Assembly (NCBI GenBank): GCA_039818205.1
Contig: JBCBUK010000001.1
Coordinates: 352,001 to 416,000, forward strand
Reading direction: 5' to 3'
Source of the DNA: Verrucomicrobiota bacterium
GTDB taxonomy: Bacteria; Verrucomicrobiota; Verrucomicrobiia; Opitutales; Cerasicoccaceae
Length of the DNA: 64,000 nucleotides
Shown: positions 25,972-40,900 of the stretch, in pieces
How positions within the stretch are numbered: the first letter of the stretch is position 1
Layout: every line of letters begins with the position of its first letter
Made by a program: the position numbers and the translations under genes
Notes under the pieces: generated by a model
Told to the model about the DNA's origin: nothing
The model's input: the letters and a program-made list of their open reading frames with translations, nothing else
Databases searched by the model: none

Positions 25972-28900
25972 TTACTTACCCCATCCGAAGAAGTTGAGCA
26001 CCGCCAATGCCGAGTCGAGGAAGCCACCGCTCGAAGAGCTTGGCGCATCGGCTCCCTCGCCATCGACAGTAACAAGTTCCGCAACCTGGGTCTCGTCGAG
26101 GTAATCATCGTCCTCGTCCGCGGGCTCGTAGGAAAAGTCCTTCACGGTCACTACATAATCGAAGTCATTAACCGTGTCACCACTATCGTCTGCGCTCCAA
26201 TCATGTAAGCCTTCGACCTGAAGCGTGCCGTCGCCGTCGAGGAGAACGACATAGAGGAACAGCTCAGCGGATTCTTCAGTAAGCGGATGCGCAATCGTTT
26301 GAACCGCTCCGGTAAGCTCCCCAAAGAGTTCGGTATCGGATGCGACCAGCACTGGGTCTCCATCGACTAGGGCCTCATCGACTGCAACGACCTCACTTCC
26401 GTGCAGGCTGATATTCACCGTATCGCCCACGCTCCAATTGGCTGCTGGAACGGTAAAGTGCTCCCGTAGCGATTCGAGAATCTCGTTGCTGTTCGACGCC
26501 CCGATTAAGTCTGAACCATCTGCAAACCCAAGGCCATCAACCACCGAACGGACTCGGTTGAGGTATGCGGCATTGTCGATGCTGCCCTCGTATGGAGCCG
26601 TGTCGACTTCGCGCCACCAATCCTTCTCGGCGCGAACGTCAGACCCGTTCAAGAGACCACCCAATTGGACATCCTTGCCGGCCTCTAGGAAGATTTTGGA
26701 TGCACGATTATTGTTCCAACTGGTAACGTAAGCATCGGAGCCCAAACGCAGATTGTGTTGTGTCTTAATCTCGATGTCCGAACCACCACTCGCGACGATT
26801 CCATTGATTTCGATATCACCGCCACTTTGGAGCTTCCATTCTCCATGCTTACTACCGGCAAATCCATCGACCGAGTAGCCCTTGGCAATCCAGCCATCAA
26901 CCTTTTCTTCGGCATAGAGCAGACCGTCAATGTTGAAGGATCCGCCAAGGCTCAAGTCGATTTCGCCAGCACTGAAGAGTGCTCCGGTCAAGTCGACATC
27001 ACGCGCCTTGATCGTAAGTTTCTTGTCTCCAGTAACCGCAACCAATCCGCGAATATCTTGATTGTAGTTAGAATTCTCAATTTTGAGATCTTCCTTGGTT
27101 TCCAGGCGGGCCAGCTCGCCAATGACAATGTCTCCACTGGCCTTTAGCTCGCCATCTTTCTTCGCAACTGCGTCTCCGAAGAACTCGAGGCCCTTAGCAC
27201 CATTGAGCTTGAATTTCTCGCCGTCGAGATCGGCGGCAATGGTGGCTGTGCTGTTCCAACTATCCACCTCAATATCCTTTGGCGTGGTGACTGAGCCATG
27301 AAGTGCAAGCGCCTTTTCGGATTGGATTTTGACACTCTCGCGAGCCTCGATGATCGCGAATGCATTCAGTTCACCGTTCCAGGCCTTAAACTCGACGTTC
27401 TTGTTGGTCACAATGCTACCGTCGAATGAAAGATCGGCTTTCGATTCCAGCTTCACCGTATCGCGGGCAGTGATCGGCGTCTGCAGTTCGAGCATTCCGC
27501 CCCATGACTTAAATTCAACGCCCTTGCCTGCAGTGACAACGCCGCTGAAGACGATATCACCTTCCGACCCAACCTTGATCTCTTTGCCAGCGGTCAAATC
27601 GCCCACGAGGCCGATTCCGCCGGCCCAGGCTTCCAGTTCGATCTTGCCGGTGGACTCGATATCGCCTTCGAGGTCGATCAAGCCTTTCTCGGCTTTCATC
27701 GAAAAGTCTCCTCCAGCCTGGAGATCTCCATTCAGGTGAATCGAGTCATCCCAGCTTAGTATTTCAACCTTATCGCCCGCAGTGATGTTCGCATCGATCG
27801 TGATCTCATCCTCGGCCTTAATTTTGATCTCATCACCGGCCGAGATATCCGCGCTGATCGAAGCAAATCCATCGTAAGCCGTGATCTCAATCTTATCGCC
27901 CGCAACAATTGTTCCGGCAACCGTAGTGGTATCGCCATCGCGTGAGGAGATCTTCAACTTTCCGCCAACCGTCAATGCGTCATTCAAGGTGAGTGATCCA
28001 CCACTGACACTCCAGTCAGCATCATCCCCGACAAATACGTGGCTGTTCAGCGCGACATCTCCTGGTCTGCCGTAGACATTGATCTTTAGGTCTTCAGCTG
28101 CGTCAATAAGTCCCTTTTCGCGGGCGAAGTTGAAGTCGACCAACTCAAGACCATCACGAGCACTAATATCGATCTTACCGTATTTGCTGTCATTGGTAAC
28201 GAGATACTCGACGGTGATGCTTCCCTTGTAAGCGTTCAGTCTGATATCGCGATCCTCCGATTCCGCATACGTGACGAGCAGATCGCCAGCGAGGTCGACG
28301 TTGATCTTACCTTCGACATCAACAAAGAGTTCAAAGTCATTCTTGATGTAGCCCGCATGCAGGTCACGACCAGTATCGCGGTTGAACCGATCAACGTTCC
28401 AATCGAAATCCTTCATGTTGCCCTGACCACCACGACCGAAGATCTTGTCCTTCGCGTAGAAGAGAGCGGTGTTAGCTTGGAGGTCGAGCTCATCGTCTTC
28501 ATCGATCTGGATGATTTCACCCGCCGCACTCAGCGAAACTTGTCCGTGCTCGCGGCCCGCGAAAACACGGTCAATGTAGATATCTCCATCAAGCGAAAGC
28601 AGTAGCGAGTTGTTGCCGTTGGCATCCGTGATCGATTCAACGTCGTGCGCGAAGATATCGTCCAACGCCTTCACTCGGATCTTACCGTCAGCATTCGTCA
28701 CCGAACGCAAGATTATCGAGTCGGTCTCATGAATCTCGAGGATACCGCTCTCACTATGCGAACGGATTACATCGTTAACCTCCGTCTGCAACATGATGCC
28801 ATTGACCGCCTCGGCACTGAGGAGGTGTGACGTCAGTGGATCGGCGCTACGCATGAAGAGCAACCCTCCACTGGACAAATGGACCTCACCATCCACAAGA

Positions 28901-31900
28901 TTGGTGTTCAACCTACCGAAGATGTCGAAATCGCCGCCTGCGCTGAGTTGAGCAATGCGCGCCTGCAAGGCCGCCGTATCCGCAATGGTAAATCGACCGC
29001 CGGCGGCAATCTGCATGAGTTCTTCGGCGGTTATTGAACCGGTCACCAGAAAGTCACCACCAACCGTCAGGATCAGGTCGCGGACCGAGAGTTCACCGTT
29101 GAGAACAAAGTCACCACCGATCTCGAAGGAAATCTGTCCGCCCGCACGAATTGCTCCATCGAGTAGCAAATCATCGCCTGTCTTAATGGCCAGGTCGTTG
29201 CCGGTCTCAATCAAGCCAGTTGGCTCGACGACTAGGGATCCACCGACATCCAGCGAACCGTCATTACCGGCAGCCAACGTACCAGTGATGTTGGAGTCAC
29301 CACCAGTGGTGAGGTCGAAATCGTTACCGGCCAGCACGGAACCCGAGAGGTTTAACTCACCTCCAAGTGTCAAATCTAGGTTGTTGGTAACGGCTACCAA
29401 TCCCGCAATAGTCGTGTCTAAGCCGGCTTCGAATGTTGCCGACCCCTCGATCGTGACCTCACTACTGTCATCAACCACCCAAGTGCCTCCTTCGCTGAGA
29501 GCCACATCACCTATCGTGTTGAGGTGAGCCGAATTCGTCAGGCTAAGGTCTCCGGTGATGCCTAAGTCTAGTTGACCATTGATGACCTCCAAGACACTTG
29601 CATTCGTGATCGCGAGGTCGCCGCCCACCGTGCCAATCAGGTCGCCGTCGGTGACGCGCACCGTGCTGCGATCACGGATGGTAAAGTCTGATCCGGTGCT
29701 CAAGGCAATCGAGCCAGTCGTGACCGTCAGTTGACTATCGAGGTCAACCAAGAGCGATTCACCAGCGCCCAAGTCGAGATCGCCCGTTGTGATTGCAAAG
29801 CTTGATTCATCCGTGACGTTAACCGAGCCAACGGTGCTTACCTCAACTGAACCGTTCGTGAAAGTCGCCGCGCTACTGTCGGTGATCCGCAAGTCCGCAC
29901 CCGTATCAATCGAGCTTGAACCGTTCTCGACGCTCAAGGTGCTGCGAACTGCACTGATCGAAGCCCCCGCATTCATGACCAGATTGCCATCAAGCAGAGC
30001 TAAGGCACTGTCAGTCAGGTCTACCGAACCGCCCACGCTCATCGTCGCATCGCCACCGCTCATAGCCAGCGTAGACGTGCTCAGGATAAGGTCCGAACCG
30101 GTCGAGACGGCTACGGCACCTGTCATCGTGACCAACGCGTTGTTAAGCTCAAAGAAGCTGCCCGTGGTTACCGAAGAGTCGCCGGTCACTCCGAGCTCAC
30201 CAGTGATCACACTCTCTTGACCACTCGTTAGCGCAAAGTTGCCTCCAACCGATCCGATTCCCGCCAGGTTGAATACTGTTCCAGCATCGATGGTCAGATC
30301 GCGCGCCGTCACAATTTGGCTACCGGCGGCAAGCTCCACTTCGGTCGCCGTTTCGATAATTGCGCTTCCACCAGCATCAATCATCTGGGTGAAGCTGAAG
30401 TCCCCACCACTCAGAATTGTGAGGTCGTTACCCGTCGCGATATCGCCCGAAACGGAAATCCGCTCACCAGCGATCAAGCTTGCATTCAGTGCCGCCCTAA
30501 CCTGACCGGCAATCGTGATCGTATTGAGCGCAATACCCGAGAGACGGTTACCTGAGTCCAGGCTACCAACAACCGAGATGAGTCCGCTTGAATCAAGGTT
30601 CAGGTCAGCGCCCGTTGCAATCGAACCATCAATCAGGATGTCCGATCCAGCGGTGATGGCTCCGAGACCACCTGCGTCAACTGAACCAGCAACTGTGACT
30701 GCGCCCGCAGCGTCAACAGATACCGCGTGGGCAGCATCTAAACTACCCGTCACCGTAACGATATCTCCGGAATTGAGATCGATTTGTGCACCGGAATCGA
30801 TTGTCCCCTTCACATCAATCAAACCGCCCGAGGTAATTTCAGTGGCTAGTCCAGAAGAAATCGGACCGTTGACCACGACATCTTCACCCACATCAACTGA
30901 TACCCGCGCTCCAGCGATGATCCCACCGCCTGCCAACGTAAAGTTGCCATTGGCCGATGCCAGAACCGAACCTCCGGCATCAAGCTCACCGGTGATGGAT
31001 AGCGCTCCAGCGATTGCTTGGAGATTGATTGTTGAACCCGCAACGATCGAACCAGTCAGGTCGATGTCTCGGGCCGAAACGATGCCTGCCGTCGCCCCAG
31101 CGTTAATATCACCTTCTATCTCAACGAACGCAGCCGCCTGGACAATTGCTGAGCCGCCAGCGGCGATCGAACCAAGAATTCGCGTCGCACCAACTGAATC
31201 AACCGTTGTGCTGCTGCCGGAAGTCAAATTGCCGTCCACGATGACGTTGCCGGTCGCATTGAGTCGCAGGGTTCCATCCTGTGCCGTGACGTCATCGTCA
31301 ATCTGGATGTTGCCACCCGCGGTAAAGTCGGCGTTGCGCATTGCCGTGACGAGACCAGCGATCGAGATCAATCCGCCCGCATCCGCAATAAAGTCTTCAC
31401 CGCTTAGAACTGGACCTGCGATGGTTGCTTGTGCGCCCGTTATCAGCTCGACGGTTCCGCCTGAGGCAATCCCGCCACCAGTCAAATTAAATGCCGCATC
31501 CGACTCAAGTGTGAGGTCGCCATTGGTCGTCAGATTTCCGCTAACCGAAATATCCTGAACGGCGCTAAGCGAGGCATTGTCGCCAGCCGAAACGGTTCCA
31601 TCAATCGTCAATCGATCAGCACTCTCGATGGTCACATCGCTCAAAGTCGACTGTAGGCTACCTTGAACCAAAAGCGTGCCGCCCGACGTGATCTGGACCT
31701 GACTCTCTGCGTTTGCTGCTCCTGCAATCGTAACGGTGTTGCCCGCATCAATTGTTAGCTCATTGCCACTTGAGATTGGTCCGTCGATGGTAACGCTGCC
31801 ATCCGTCTCGATGGATGTCGAGTTACCCGAAGTAACCGCACCGCCGTTCAGCGCAAAATCCGATCCAGCGTCGATTGTCAGTGATTCAGCCGCACCGAGA

Positions 31901-34900
31901 TCGCCCTCAATTGTAATGCGTCCGAGCGCGTCTAACGATAGTGCGGACCCCGATAGTACTGAACCCTCGATTGCCAGACCCGCTCCGGCGCTGACCTGAA
32001 TATTGCCAGCCGTGGTCTTTAAACCGCCATTGACTGTAATCGCCGAACCCGCTGCCAGGAGCAAGTCTGTCACCGCTTCGACCTGTCCAGCAATCTCAAG
32101 CGTATCAACTGCCGTTACGTTAATCGAACCACCGGCGAGTATTGGACCGTTGACCAAGATGTTTGCCGCATTGATCGACGTGTCGGTGGCGCTGGTAATT
32201 CCACCACCACTCAGGTCGAAATCGCCACCCGCGTTGATAGCCGTTTCAGCACCCGAAACGATGCTTCCTGAAATCGAAGCCGACGTCGTTGAGGTCAAGA
32301 CTGCCATGCCACCAGCATTAACCGATCCTTCAACCGAGAGACTATCGTCAGAGCTAACCGATATATCGCCGGTCGAAGAACGGATGTCACCTGAGATTGA
32401 GACCGCAAGCTGACCATTGATCGTCACTGAATCGGCGGCAGTGAGCGCGCCATCGATATCGATCAATCCATCGGCATTCACGTTCAACAGGGCTCCTGCA
32501 TCGACGCCGCCAGTCACCGAGAGGTTTTGACCGCTCCGCAATGTAACGTTGGCTCCACCATCGATCGATCCACCGATTGTCAGGGCACCAGCGGTATCGG
32601 CTGTGATGCTTCCACCCGCCTGCATCGGACCATTGATTAGAACCCCGCTAACCGCATCGACGAGGATCGAGCCATTCGCGCTAACACCGCCGCCAGTCAG
32701 AGTGAAGAAGGTTCCTGCAATGAGGTTCGCATCGCCACCTGCATCAATGTCGCCACTAATTGAGAGTGCTTCTGTCGCCGTGATGCCAGCGCTTGAACCA
32801 GCATCCACCGAACCATCGAGATCGACGTTTTCGGCCGAGACTATTGTTGAACCCGCAATGGAAGCGATGCTTCCGGTCAAGCTAAGGTCACTCGGCGTGG
32901 CGAGTATTACCGAAGTGTTTGCCGAGATGTCACCAGCAATGCTAATCGCTTGGTCGGCTTGGACGTCTATCAATCCTCCTGCGTTGATCGGGCCACCTAC
33001 CGTTAATTCTGCCGCAGCAACAATTTCGACATTACCGTCGGCGTCAACCCCACCGCCAGTCAGTGCAATGTTCTCGCCAGAGAGCGAAACGTTTTCGCCG
33101 GACTGGATGCTGCCAAGGATGTCGAGATCGTCACCTGCATCGAGCGTGGCTCCAAGACCAGTCGTGACGGACCCGATTAACTCGATCGCATCAACCGCGC
33201 TCAGATTCGCTGCTCCCGAGAGAGAGCTCACGTCGCCCGCGATCGTCAGACTAGAGCCGCTAACTAAATTCAAGTTGCCGGCCACTGAAGCTTCGCCCGC
33301 AACCGATAATTGACCATCGGTCGTGATCGCGAGTTCGCCACCAGCAGTAATCGCCCCGTCGATTGAGACGCTTACCGGAGCAGTGATCGACACATCATTT
33401 CCAGCGTCAATACCGCCGTCGACCAGCGAGAAACTAGAACCGCTCTCGGCAACAATCGATTGGCCGGCGGCCAAGCTACCTTCGATAGCAATGGCCCCTA
33501 GCGCGTTGAGCGTGAGATTCGTCGCCGCTTCAACCGCGCCGCCAATCGTAAGGTCGGATCCCGAATCGAGTGTAACCTCGCCCTGCTGAGAATCTAAACT
33601 ACCAGAGATGGTCAGTGCGGCACCCGCATCAAGAACAAGGCCCTGACCAACCTCGACCGATCCAGAAATCTGTAGGCTGCCATCGGTCTCCCCGGTTAGG
33701 CCGCCCGCAGCCGTAATCTGTCCACCGATCGTGGCACCGCTTGTGGCAAGCAGGTCAATCGATCCACCCGAGCTGATTCCACCGCTCGAAAGCGTGAACT
33801 GACCTTCCGTGGAAATGCTTACCGCACTACCAGCGCTGACCGCGTCTTGAACCTCGATCAGGTCATTCGCCGAAAGGACGAGAGTTCCACCGGAGTCTAG
33901 TGCGCCGGAGACCAGAATTGTTCCGTTGGTCGAATCGAAGCTCAAAGAGCCACCTGCGGTCACTGAACCGGAGACCGAAAGCGCGTCATCAACGACAACA
34001 TCAACTGAGCTTGTCGAGTCAATGGACCCACCAAAGCTCGCCGATTCAGCTACAACGCTAACGCTGTTCGCATCCAAGGTTCCATTCATCGCAAGGGCAC
34101 CACCTGCGTTGGCATTCAACGCACCAGCGACCACTAGCGGACCGCTTAAGCTCAACGTTGTATCTGCCATCAAGTCAAGTGAGGCGCCCATCGATGCGCC
34201 GCCCAAGATGGTAATCGATTCGGCTTGAACCAATGAATCTGTGCCGCCCGCAATGGACTGTGCGCTCAAGGCATTCGTCGCAGTGAGTCTCAGAGCGCCG
34301 GCCGTGGACGCGAGTGCTGCAGTGGAAACCAATGAGCCTCCCGAATTGATCGTTAGATCATTTCCAGCGGTGAGCGCTCCGTACAACTCAAGGTCACCCG
34401 CAGTGTCAATCTCGATTGCGCCACCTACCGATAGCGTCTGTGCCAGAGTCGTTTTGGTAAGTGCACCCGCCTTCAAGCTGACTTCCGTCGTTGCGACAAG
34501 TGCTCCCCGAAGGTCAAGAGCACCCAGCGCGTCGAGATGCAGCCTCGTTCCGGCCGCAATCGACTCGCCGAGTCCCAAATGGATATCCCCTGCCGCATCA
34601 ACGTTGACGGCCTCACCGGCGACAAGGTCACCTGAAGAGGTCAAAGAACCACCGATCACCAAACCAATCGACCCTGCCGCATTGAGTGAGGCCTCAAGGT
34701 CATCCTGTTCATTCAGAACAATGGATCCCGCGGAAGCGGTTGCCGCAATCACTTGCAAGGCGGTTTCGAGTTCAAGGATCGCGTTACCTGCGACTGCGTT
34801 GAGTTCGCGAGCGACAATGTCGGCTTCACTATCGTTACCAAGCTCCAGGATGGACCCACCTGCAGCCAGATCGATACTACCCGTGCTACCCGCATCAACC

Positions 34901-37900
34901 TCGTCGACTAGCAGGTTGCCACTAGCATCAATACGAATCACTCCGCCAGCTGATGTGGCTTCGCGAATCGTTGCGTCACCCTGTACAACCACATCAATGA
35001 TGCCGGATGCGATCAAGATGAGTTCAGCACTTTGGTCGAGGCTGAGGATCAAATTGGTGCCTTCCAAGGTCAGACTACCAGCAGCAATTTCCAGGTTACG
35101 ATCTGGGTCGGTGGTGCTTCCGATATTACCACCGGCCTTGAGTTTAACCGAGCTGGCAATTAGATCGTCGGCGGTATCGGTTGCGGATACCTCAAGGATG
35201 TCGCCGCCAGCTTCAAGCTCGATATTACCAGTCGAAGACGCATCGATCAGGCTGACCAAAATGTCTTCTGAAGCAGCCAAGCGATAGTCACCGCTATTGG
35301 ACGCAACTAGGCTTTCTACAGTTAGCTGGCCAGTCACTTCGATGCCTACATTGTCGACAGCGGCAGTCAAGTTGAGCGCAACTTGCGAGTTCAGGTAAAG
35401 CGCCGTGGCATTCGCATCAATGCTTCCAGCAGAAGTCTCAATCTGTTGCCCAGCCGATCCAATTGAGCCGCCAGCCTTCAAGACAAGACTTTGAGCAAGT
35501 AGATCGGTATCCGCATCATCCGGGTTGAGTTCCGAAATACTGTCTCCGGCGTCAAGAATGATCTGTCCGGCCGCACCAGCCTCAATCAATCCCACGATCA
35601 CTCCGGTGCCAGCCGTCAAATCGATCGTGCTCGTTGCACCACTAGTCGAGGAGACAACTCGGTTTGCCTGGAGTAAGCCGCCCGCCGAAACCACTATCGG
35701 TCCGTTGGCCGATGTCACATTTCGCAAGGTCAAGCTGTCCGTCTCTGCAACTTCGATTGAGCCAAGCTGGGTCGTAATCGCCGAGAGCTCATCAACCGTC
35801 GTTGTCAAGTCGATGGCGCCACCTGCGGCAACTTCGAGAAGCGCACCGCTCACAGTCGCTTCGACCGTGCCATTTGCAGTTACAAGGACATCTCCAGAGC
35901 TACCCGCGTCGACGACAAGGTCTTCAATATTGCCATTTGTCGCATCAAGGCTGATCGAATTGAACGCGCTCGATCCGGAGACGGTGACCGCTGTGCCAGT
36001 CAAGCCGCTGATGCTATCGGCAATGATCGAGATAGGACCGTTTGCTGCGGTGACGTTGCCAACAACGATCGCGCCCTCGTCGGCGATCCGGATGGCTCCG
36101 GCACCCGTGGAAACCAGCGTGGCCGTTCCGACCGTCGTGGTCACGTCGATGCCTCCGGTCGCGGTGACACCCAAAGTCGCTGCATCCAGCTCGAAGGGCT
36201 GTGCGCCGACCGGAACATTCACCATCCGAACGTTGCCAGCGGCGTTCAAGGTCAGCTGTGAACCCGCATCGATGTTTCCAAGGTCGAGGTCGGTGCCCGT
36301 AAGCGAGATGGTGCCGGTCGTCGCTACGTCCAGAGCAATCAAGCGGCCACCGCTAACTACGTTGATCGGCCCGGCAGTTTCGAGATCCAAGATCTCGAGT
36401 CCATCAGTTTCATTCAAAGTAAACGAGGTGCCGTTCGCGTCCAACTTGGTCACGGCGGTCTTAAGGTTGACCGTCGAGCCTGCATTGATCTTGAGCTCAT
36501 CACCGGTGATCAAACCGTTTGTGCTCATACGAATTGCGCCGTTCGCCTGTAAGCTCAAATCGCCCAGGGATCCGGCATTGACCGTTCCGATTTCGAGCAC
36601 TCCCGTGCCTGCCCCTAACTCAATGTCGTTGAAGTCAGAGTTGGTTTGCGAACGTGCGGTCTTTACGATCAGGCCGTTGGCCGAGATTCGGATCAAGCCA
36701 TCAACCGTTTCGGCTTGGTCAACGGTTAGTTGACCACTTGAAGTCGCCGCAAGGCTACCTTCGCCGGTCATGACTGCATCCAAGATACTGTATTCTCCTG
36801 AGAGCTGGGCTCCCGCGCTGCGAACGGTTAGCTTGTTCGCCTTCACGCTTGTGGAAGCACCTTCGCCTGCAGTGATCGAAATATCTGCCCCAACAGACTC
36901 AACTGCATCAAGTGTGATCCGGCCTTCGGCATCCAAAGTGATCGAATTACCGTCACCCACGATTCCGCCACCATTCAGATCCCCCGCAACGGCTATGTTG
37001 ATGAGGCCATTTGCATCGATCCGATCGATGAGCAGATCGCTGACATTGGAAACTCGCAGGTCACTACCAGCGACTGCCGTCACTGTCTCCAGATCAAGTT
37101 CGAGGTCGAGGCTGCGGTCAGTTGAACCGCCGATCCGGTTACCGGCACTCAGGTCGGCGACACCCGCGATGAGGTCGGCCTCTGAATCGTTGCCCGCTCC
37201 ACCGATCTCACGGATGTATCCAGCCGCCCGGGCGATGATTGAGCCAGATGCTCCTGCATCGATCAGATCAATGATGAGATTGCCGCTATCACCGGTTCCG
37301 CTATTTGCAATCAACTCGATTGTGCCTTCCAACTCGCTGATCACTGAATTCACGGTAATCGTTCCACCTGCCGTTAGTGAAAGGTCTCCGTTGCGCACAC
37401 TCACTGAGTTCAGAATGATCGCATCGGCTTCAGTAATCGCGACATCACCTTGGCTGGTTGTCGTCAAATCCAACGAATCGACATCGGTATTCACGTTGAT
37501 GCTGCCCGCAGCAGTCACGCCCAAAGTGTTTGCCGTGATCACGCCGGGCGTTCCACCGTTGCCCACAATCGAACCATTGATATCGATTGAAACGTTGCCC
37601 GTTCCCGCGTTGATATCCCCAATGATTAGGTTTCCGTTTCCTCCGGTCTGCGTGGAAAGTGAGATATCGCCACCTGCGCTATCAATATTCGCCGCGTTTA
37701 TCGACCCACCGGCAACTACGGTAAGGTCGCCTCCGATCAGATCGATATCCGTGAGAACAATGTTGTCTTGCTCTCGAACAGTGATTGCCTGGCCGGCTTC
37801 CACGCTCGCGGTGAGACTGCCAATGACCGTATCGATGTCGATTGGGCCCTCGGCATTGATCGTGATAGCATCGCCACTTAGTAGACCGCCTACTGCGGTC

Positions 37901-40900
37901 GTGACGCTCCCGGAGGTCGCGGTCAAGGTAACATCACCGCGGAGTCCAGCGTCCAGATTCTCGATGACGATGTCTCCAGTTTCAGATTCGAGAGTGACAT
38001 CGTTCGTGTCTCGGTCGATCGGGGAAACGAGATTCTCAACCGTGATAGTACCCGTGGCGCTTAGGTCGACGACGCCATCGCCAACAGAAATGTCACCGAG
38101 GGTGACTGGGCCCGAAAGCTCGCCTGTGAGATCGCCAGCTCCATCGATCGTAACGTTTAGAACACTGATCGAACCCGTTCCAAGGTCAACATTGGCCAGG
38201 TCGCCATCAATTGGTGTTGGGCCAGCAATGACAGTGACCGTTCCCCCGTATACATTTGAATCCACTCCGCTACCCGCAGTCAGATTTACATCGCCGCCCT
38301 GCGCGTTGATCGTATCAATCGTGATCGCGCCGCTACCAGCATTGAGGGTGACGGTCTGACCTGAAGTTTGCAGAAGCTGACCGGTGATATTGCCATCGGT
38401 GAAGAGGTTGACTTCTTGCGTCGTGATCAGTGTTCCAATGTCGATGTCACCCGCTCCCGCGAAGTCGATGTAAACCGCTGCTCCAGACAGGCTCGTGATT
38501 CGCTCGATACTGATCTCTGGGTTCCGGTCGGCATCAATGCCTACTCCAATGTTTCTACCAGCGATTATCGATCCGGTCTGAGCGACCAGATCGAACTCAT
38601 CATCAACGGCGACAATCTCAATGATATCGCGACCAGCGTTTAGTAAGACGTTACCCGTTTCACCCGCACTCACGTAACCGAGTTCCAAGTCGCCACCCGT
38701 GGTGATGTCTACACGTTGGCCATCAGCCACAACGTCAAGTGCACGAAGCGCATCGGCTTCATTCAAGGTCAGGTTGCCTGCTCCAGTAACCGCGTTGATC
38801 GAAGCGACATGGGTGCGAAGATCAATTCCCGTGGCAGCATTGACCGTTAGATCCGATCCGGCTATTCGCGCGGTCGCATGGGTGGTCCGAACTGATCCGC
38901 TCTCAGCGGTTGCTTCAATCGAACCGCTCGCTTGGACTCCGTTGCGCAGCGTGATACTTCCCGAGACTACACCCGCTTCCAGAACAATATTACCAGCAGT
39001 GAGCTGGTTGGCAGTAATGCTACCGGAGCCATCGCGACCAGCAAGCAGAGCGAGTTGAACATCGGCTGTAACTGAGCCGTTCAATATAATTCCGTCATCC
39101 GTGGAGATCGTTATATCGGCTGCGTCACCGCTAATACCGGCGATTGAGCCGTTGAGCGTTAGGCCACTCTCAGTCACGATCTCAACTGAACCAGAGGAGC
39201 GAATATTTCCGCCAACACTGATCGTATCTGCAGCGCTCAAATCGACAGACTCAGAACCGGTGAGATCGCCGCTTATCGTCAATCCTTGGTTGGTCGCTAG
39301 ACGGATGTTCTTTGAAGTCAGGCTATCGCCGGATGCAATCGTAAGCGCATCTCCCGTAGTAATCTCGATACTCTCGGAAGCGGTTAGGCTGTTAAACTGT
39401 GCTCGGACTGATTTGCGTGCGGTTAAAGCCACGGATGCCGAGGCATTCAAAGTTGTGTTGGTAATGTCGACCGAGCCACCGAACAGGTTGACCCCATCGT
39501 CCGAATATCCAAGCGATGCGAGAACAATGTTCGCAGCATTGAGCGTGGTTGGGTTCGAGGTGGTGCCAAGCGCAAGATTGTTGCCCACGGAAACATCAAT
39601 CAAATTGCTGACCGTGAGGTCGTCCAACTGCGCCGTCAGGTTCTTTCGCGCATTGAAGCTGACCGAGTCCGTTGCATTGATCGTTGTCGCGGCGACATCG
39701 ATGTTACCACCCTGCCAGGTTCCGCCATTGTCAATAAAACCGGTCGAAACCAAGCGTACGTTCTTAGCTGCGATCGTCGCGCTACCCAACTGAATGTCTT
39801 CGCCGGAGATAATCTCAACGAGATCATTCGTCGAAAGGTCCAGGTTTCCGCTAATTGAACGGTTCGCGATCAAGCTCAGACTACTGGTTGCGGAGAAGTT
39901 CCCCGTTAGATTCAATGAACCGCCCGTGTAGATGCCCGTGTCATTAAAGTAGCCAGTGGATCCCAAGCTGATCGAGGCCGCCGACAGATTGCTGTTGAGA
40001 ATCAGGTTTCCACCCGAAGAGAGGTTGATCTCACTGTTTGCACCAGTGACGGAGATATTGAGGTTCGCGCCAAAAATCTCGCGCTGAGCATTCAGTGTGA
40101 CCGCCTCGGAGGCATCGAATGAGGCACCGTCTTCGACAATGATGTTACCAAGAGAGACATCGTCAAAGATTTGGCGGAGGTTCAATGACGCTGGATTGCT
40201 GATCGGCGTATAGTCGCGCTGGATCACATCGCGAAGTGCGGCCAACTCAGCTGCATCCGTGATCTGCGGGAACGAAGTTAAGAAAGCACCCGTTCCCGGA
40301 TTCTGACGTCGGTAAATATCGCCATTGGATTCGTCGACCCAGAAGGTGAAGCCTGTGTTGTCTTCATAGAGAACCACCGAGGCACTGCCGATCGTCGTTC
40401 GAGTCAATCCGAAGAAATCACCAAACTGATTCTCCAAATACTCGACACCAGCTGGCGTCTCCCAAACCGCCAGGCCTGCCGAATCCTGACGTGCTTGCTT
40501 TGTAATTGTCAGCATTGGGATCAGGTCGAGGTCTTGCGGTGCCACCACACTCTCAAGGACATTTCCGTTGAGAACGAAGACTGAGCCACCAATAAGATCC
40601 GGCGAATCCTTGTAGTAGACATTACCCTGCGATTGGAATCGGTAGAGTCCGATCAAGCTACCGTCGGCAAAATTCTTTTTAGCAAGCGTCGTGCGATCGA
40701 CGGATGCCTCAACAAGCGAGCCACTTTGGAGGCGGTAGATGAGCCCAGTATCCGCGTTGCGGCTATCCTTGTAATAGGTGCTACCGTTCGCTTCGAATTG
40801 ATAGAGACCAACCAGCAACGGATTACTGCTCTCAGCGATAAAGTGCGGCTGCGAAATCTGGTTGCCGCGAGCAATCAGAGAAACTTCTTTGAGCTGGCCG

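Noticed and set aside
25642..26108. ORFs 25642-25890 and 25872-26108 on the minus strand
   Set aside because: They overlap the terminator or the giant gene's end and translate repeats (DPFFDPFFDP); likely spurious.
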